DNA of 9,257 nucleotides from Hyalangium minutum (GTDB lineage Bacteria; Myxococcota; Myxococcia; Myxococcales; Myxococcaceae): NCBI RefSeq assembly GCF_000737315.1, contig NZ_JMCB01000037.1, positions 1 to 9,257 of the forward strand, read 5' to 3'. Shown piece by piece: positions 6,867 to 9,257 of this stretch (position 1 is its first letter; each line of letters starts with the position of its first letter). The notes under the pieces were generated by a model. It saw only the letters and a program-made list of their open reading frames with translations, ran no database searches and was not told where the DNA came from. The position numbers and the translations under genes were made by a program.

Positions 6867-7793
6867 ATGTCGAACCCCGATATTCGCCCAATCCTCGTGG
6901 CCGGTGCCACCGGCAAGCAAGGTGGTGCCGTCGTCCGCGCGCTGCTGCAAGCGGGCCGCCCCGTACGCGCCCTGACGCGCGATCCCGCTTCGGCTGCGGG
7001 ACAGGCGCTCGCGGCGCAGGGAGTGGAGGTCGTGAAGGGCGACTTTACCGATTCCGCCAGCCTCGATGCGGCATTGGCAGGAGTGGAAGGCGTCTTCTCA
7101 GTGCAGATGGGATCGCAGCCCAGTGACCCCTATACCGAGATCGTAACCGGCAAGGCATTGGTCGAGGCCGCTAAACGCGCGGACGTCAACGTGATCGTTC
7201 ACACCTCCGTCGCCCGGGCAGGCGATCACGAGAATTTCGTCGGCTGGGACGAGGGCCGCTGGGAGCCGCTGTACTGGCAGAACAAGGCGGCCGTGAACGA
7301 CATGGTCAAGACGCAGGGCTTCCGCCACTGGGTGATCCTGAAGCCTGCCCTCATCATGGAGGACTTGGTGCCGCCGATGGTGGATTTCATGTTCGCTTCG
7401 CTCCGCGAACACGGTCGGTTCGAGACTGCGATCGAAGCGGACACCGGCCTCGACTGGATCGCCGCGCAGGACATCGGCGCATTCGCGGCGGCCGCCTTCG
7501 CCGACCCTGAGCGTTTCCACGGTCATGAGATTGACCTCTCTGCGGAATGCGCCACTTTGGTCGAGGTTGCAGCCAAGATCGCGAAGGGCACCGGAAAGCC
7601 GGTTTCGGCCGTCACCTTCTCGGAAGATGAGATGCTCGCGCAAGGCTACCATCCGCTGCACGTCAGGGGCCAGGTATGGGACAATGTCGAGGGCTATAAG
7701 GTGGACCTCAATGCCGTTCGTAGCTGGGGTGTGCCGCTGACGTCGCTTGATCAATTCATTAATCAGCACCGCGACAAGTTCGTCATCGGCTGA
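6867..7793 (+). CDS. NmrA-family NAD(P)-binding (SDR-like) protein, 308 aa
   Basis: Rossmann motif ILVAGATGKQGGAVVRALL, VRALTRD, VVKGDFTD and WIAAQDIGAFAAAAF. RBS AGGAAAGG lies upstream. Confidence 0.93.
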   Translation: MSNPDIRPILVAGATGKQGGAVVRALLQAGRPVRALTRDPASAAGQALAAQGVEVVKGDFTDSASLDAALAGVEGVFSVQMGSQPSDPYTEIVTGKALVEAAKRADVNVIVHTSVARAGDHENFVGWDEGRWEPLYWQNKAAVNDMVKTQGFRHWVILKPALIMEDLVPPMVDFMFASLREHGRFETAIEADTGLDWIAAQDIGAFAAAAFADPERFHGHEIDLSAECATLVEVAAKIAKGTGKPVSAVTFSEDEMLAQGYHPLHVRGQVWDNVEGYKVDLNAVRSWGVPLTSLDQFINQHRDKFVIG

Positions 7794-7879
7794 GCGCTCG
7801 CCCGCCGGCGCATCCCGTCGTCTCGACTGACGCCTGGAGGTCGGGTCCGGTTTTCCCATTTCGAGGAGCGAGGTATACC

Positions 7880-8084
7880 GGCTCTCCCGCACTTTATGTG
7901 GAGGGGGGCCGAGGAGGAAGCTGCGCGCATGGCCGTTCTTCCGCTCGCTTTCCGAGGGGAGAGTCACTGGGGCGTAGATGACGACAGACCCAAGACCAGA
8001 CTTCCCTGATGGATGAGTGTGGTCGGCAGCTCGCCGTGTCTCCCTTTCGCCTTCGAGGGGAACCACACGAAGTGCGGGAGAGCC
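7880..8084. mobile_element. 205-bp MITE-like element / deleted IS with ISL3-like ends
   Basis: 22-bp inverted repeats GGCTCTCCCGCACTTTATGTGG (7880-7901) and 8063-8084, 20/22 match with the outer 15 bp perfect. GGCTCT...GCACTT resembles ISL3-family ends. No target duplication is visible. Confidence 0.65.
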
Positions 8085-8213
8085 ACGGAACTGGGGCAGA
8101 CTCACTTCGGCAGCGCCCGCCAGGAGATGCGGGACGTGCTCAAGGTGGAAGTCGTGCCCCACTACCGCGCCCTCGCCGAGGGGCAGCTCGAAGACATGGC
8201 TGACGCACCGTAA
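8085..8213 (+). pseudogene. Orphan C-terminal fragment of an unidentified gene
   Basis: TELGQTHFGSARQEMRDVLKVEVVPHYRALAEGQLEDMADAP* has high-GC3 codon usage and begins exactly at the MITE right end. Confidence 0.45.
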
Positions 8214-8410
8214 CGACGGCGCAACAGGCGCCGCTTCTCGGGCGTGTCATTGAGGCCGGGTGGCAGCATGCGGGGCGCTCGTGGACGGCCGGCACCAGCG
8301 AGTGTTCAGTGTGAAATCCCCCTGGGGGACCGTGAGGCGATGGACTTCGGGCCTGACCGCCTCCCACCTTCCCTCGCGTGGGCTTCTTTCCCACGCGGTT
8401 GGGAGTCCTC

Positions 8411-8917
8411 ATGAATCGTCTTTGCTCACCGTCTCGCCTGCTGTCCTCGCTGTTTCTGTTGTCCGGAAGCGCCGCACTGGCCCAGACGCCGGAGCCCCCT
8501 CCGGTTGTATCTGGTCCTGCCGTCATGGTCATGGACGTGCGGCCCGGCCCCGAGGGCTCCGAGCCCTCCTTCCTTACCGACGTCGGCGGCCAGCTGATAT
8601 TCCGCGCCGACGACGGGACGAGCGGGAACGAGCTGTGGAGGAGCGACTACAATGCGTCAGCAATCTACAATGCGTCAGCAATCACGGCCGTCGCAGTCGG
8701 GTCCGGCGGAGAGGTGTACATCCGATGGGCCGGATTGCCGAATCCAGGGCCATGTGGAAACAACAATGGGTGGGTGATGATCCCGTCCAACGCCCCTGAG
8801 GAGATGAAATCGCTGGCAATTTCCCTGTATTTCAACGGCAATCCAGCTCGCGTCGACACTGCCGGTTGCGTCGGCGCATATGAACGTGTGACGACACTTT
8901 ACTCTCCGGGTGGTTAA
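8411..8917 (+). CDS. Chimeric secreted protein: signal peptide and partial ELWxxDGT repeat fused in frame to a foreign ~85-aa two-Cys domain
   Basis: RBS GGGAG at 8401 and ATG at 8411. Signal peptide ends in ALA-Q. DVRPGPEGSEPSFLTDVGGQLIFRADDGTSGNELWRSD is the ELWxxDGT repeat, cut before GT. Composition changes after 8647 (about 56% GC by hand count). Confidence 0.7.
   Translation: MNRLCSPSRLLSSLFLLSGSAALAQTPEPPPVVSGPAVMVMDVRPGPEGSEPSFLTDVGGQLIFRADDGTSGNELWRSDYNASAIYNASAITAVAVGSGGEVYIRWAGLPNPGPCGNNNGWVMIPSNAPEEMKSLAISLYFNGNPARVDTAGCVGAYERVTTLYSPGG
8647..8682 (+). repeat. Perfect 18-bp tandem duplication CTACAATGCGTCAGCAAT x2 (YNASAI x2)
   Basis: Read directly from the sequence; sits at the ELWxxDGT/foreign-domain junction. 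Confidence 0.95.
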
Positions 8918-8972
8918 TCGAGTCGAGAGTTACAGCTTAGAAAAGCAACCGGCTACCCAAACGAAATTGGAA

Positions 8973-9158
8973 CAACGCAACACGGGCAACATCCGCTGGA
9001 AAACGATCACGATGCGGCGAATCGAGCTCAAGATGGGCCGCATCGTGACTTAGATACAGCTGATCCAAGTCAACATGCCATCGGAAATGTTCAGGATTCG
9101 ATTGTTCTAAATCAAGGTCGCGGTCATGTTGAATTAAATGCGGGCCATAAAGTTCAAC
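8973..9158. repeat. Degenerate 84-bp (28-codon) tandem repeat in a low-GC segment, probably the 3' part of a minus-strand gene ending at TAA 8937-8939
   Basis: Three units align without gaps. In the minus frame, Leu/Leu/Phe/Val columns are conserved, the first three through different synonymous codons. 8941-9158 is about 48% GC by hand count. Confidence 0.6.
9151..9158 (+). repeat. 8-bp target-site duplication AGTTCAAC (copy before the IS)
   Basis: Identical to 1553-1560 and immediately precedes GTAAGAGTTC at 9159. Confidence 0.9.
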
Positions 9159-9257
9159 GTAAGAGTTCACCGGCTCAAGCAGCCAGAGCAGCCGGAGCGG
9201 TCTCGAAGCTCGGGAGTAGCGAGGGAGGCTGGAGGCCGTGGCGGTGCGCCGCCAAGG
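9159..9257 (-). mobile_element. Exact 99-bp repeat of 1-99: IS66 right end again (circular overlap or start of a second IS66 copy)
   Basis: Base-for-base identical to 1-99. Confidence 0.93.

Noticed and set aside
7873-7924. Minus-strand TCCTCCTCGGC...TATAC resembling the ori repeat
   Set aside because: Only an 11-bp match, the distance to TATAC is 46 rather than 60 nt, and it lies mostly within the MITE.
7098-8162. 354-aa minus-strand ORF
   Set aside because: Mostly antisense to the NmrA-family gene and runs through the MITE.
8973-9158. Stop-codon reassignment (TAA/TAG aligning with CAG/GAG in one plus frame of the 84-bp repeat)
   Set aside because: The same columns are simply conserved Leu codons on the minus strand, and all other genes use the standard code.
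1-9257. CRISPR array, integron attC sites, tRNA/rRNA, or a classical IS66 composite transposon
   Set aside because: No regularly spaced repeats, no integrase or attC-like palindromes and no RNA-gene signatures. The matching target duplication on the inner flanks argues against two independent IS66 insertions.

Overview
GC-rich, myxobacterial-looking accessory DNA that behaves as a 9,158-bp circular or tandemly repeated unit. Bases 9159-9257 exactly repeat 1-99. The single intact IS66 (ISBst12-type, 1-1552) has its 8-bp target duplication AGTTCAAC split between 9151-9158 and 1553-1560, and a degenerate 84-bp repeat runs continuously across that insertion. No replication initiator is visible. 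The unit holds only four clearly intact genes: the IS66 transposase, an unusual ~831-aa GT-B/GT9-like protein with tandem C-terminal SH3/Sm-like domains, and a divergent TetR-NmrA pair. The rest is a patchwork of gene fragments: IS91-like transposase 3' end, OmpA-family barrel, DUF5335, an ELWxxDGT N-terminus fused in frame to a foreign domain, and others. Several fragments break exactly at IS91/ISCR-like oriIS ends (2115, 4788, ~5680, possibly 5276) or at an ISL3-like MITE end. The large GT-like gene lies precisely between two 62-bp oriIS-like direct repeats, like a rolling-circle-mobilised cassette. All family assignments come from motif recognition by eye, not database searches.
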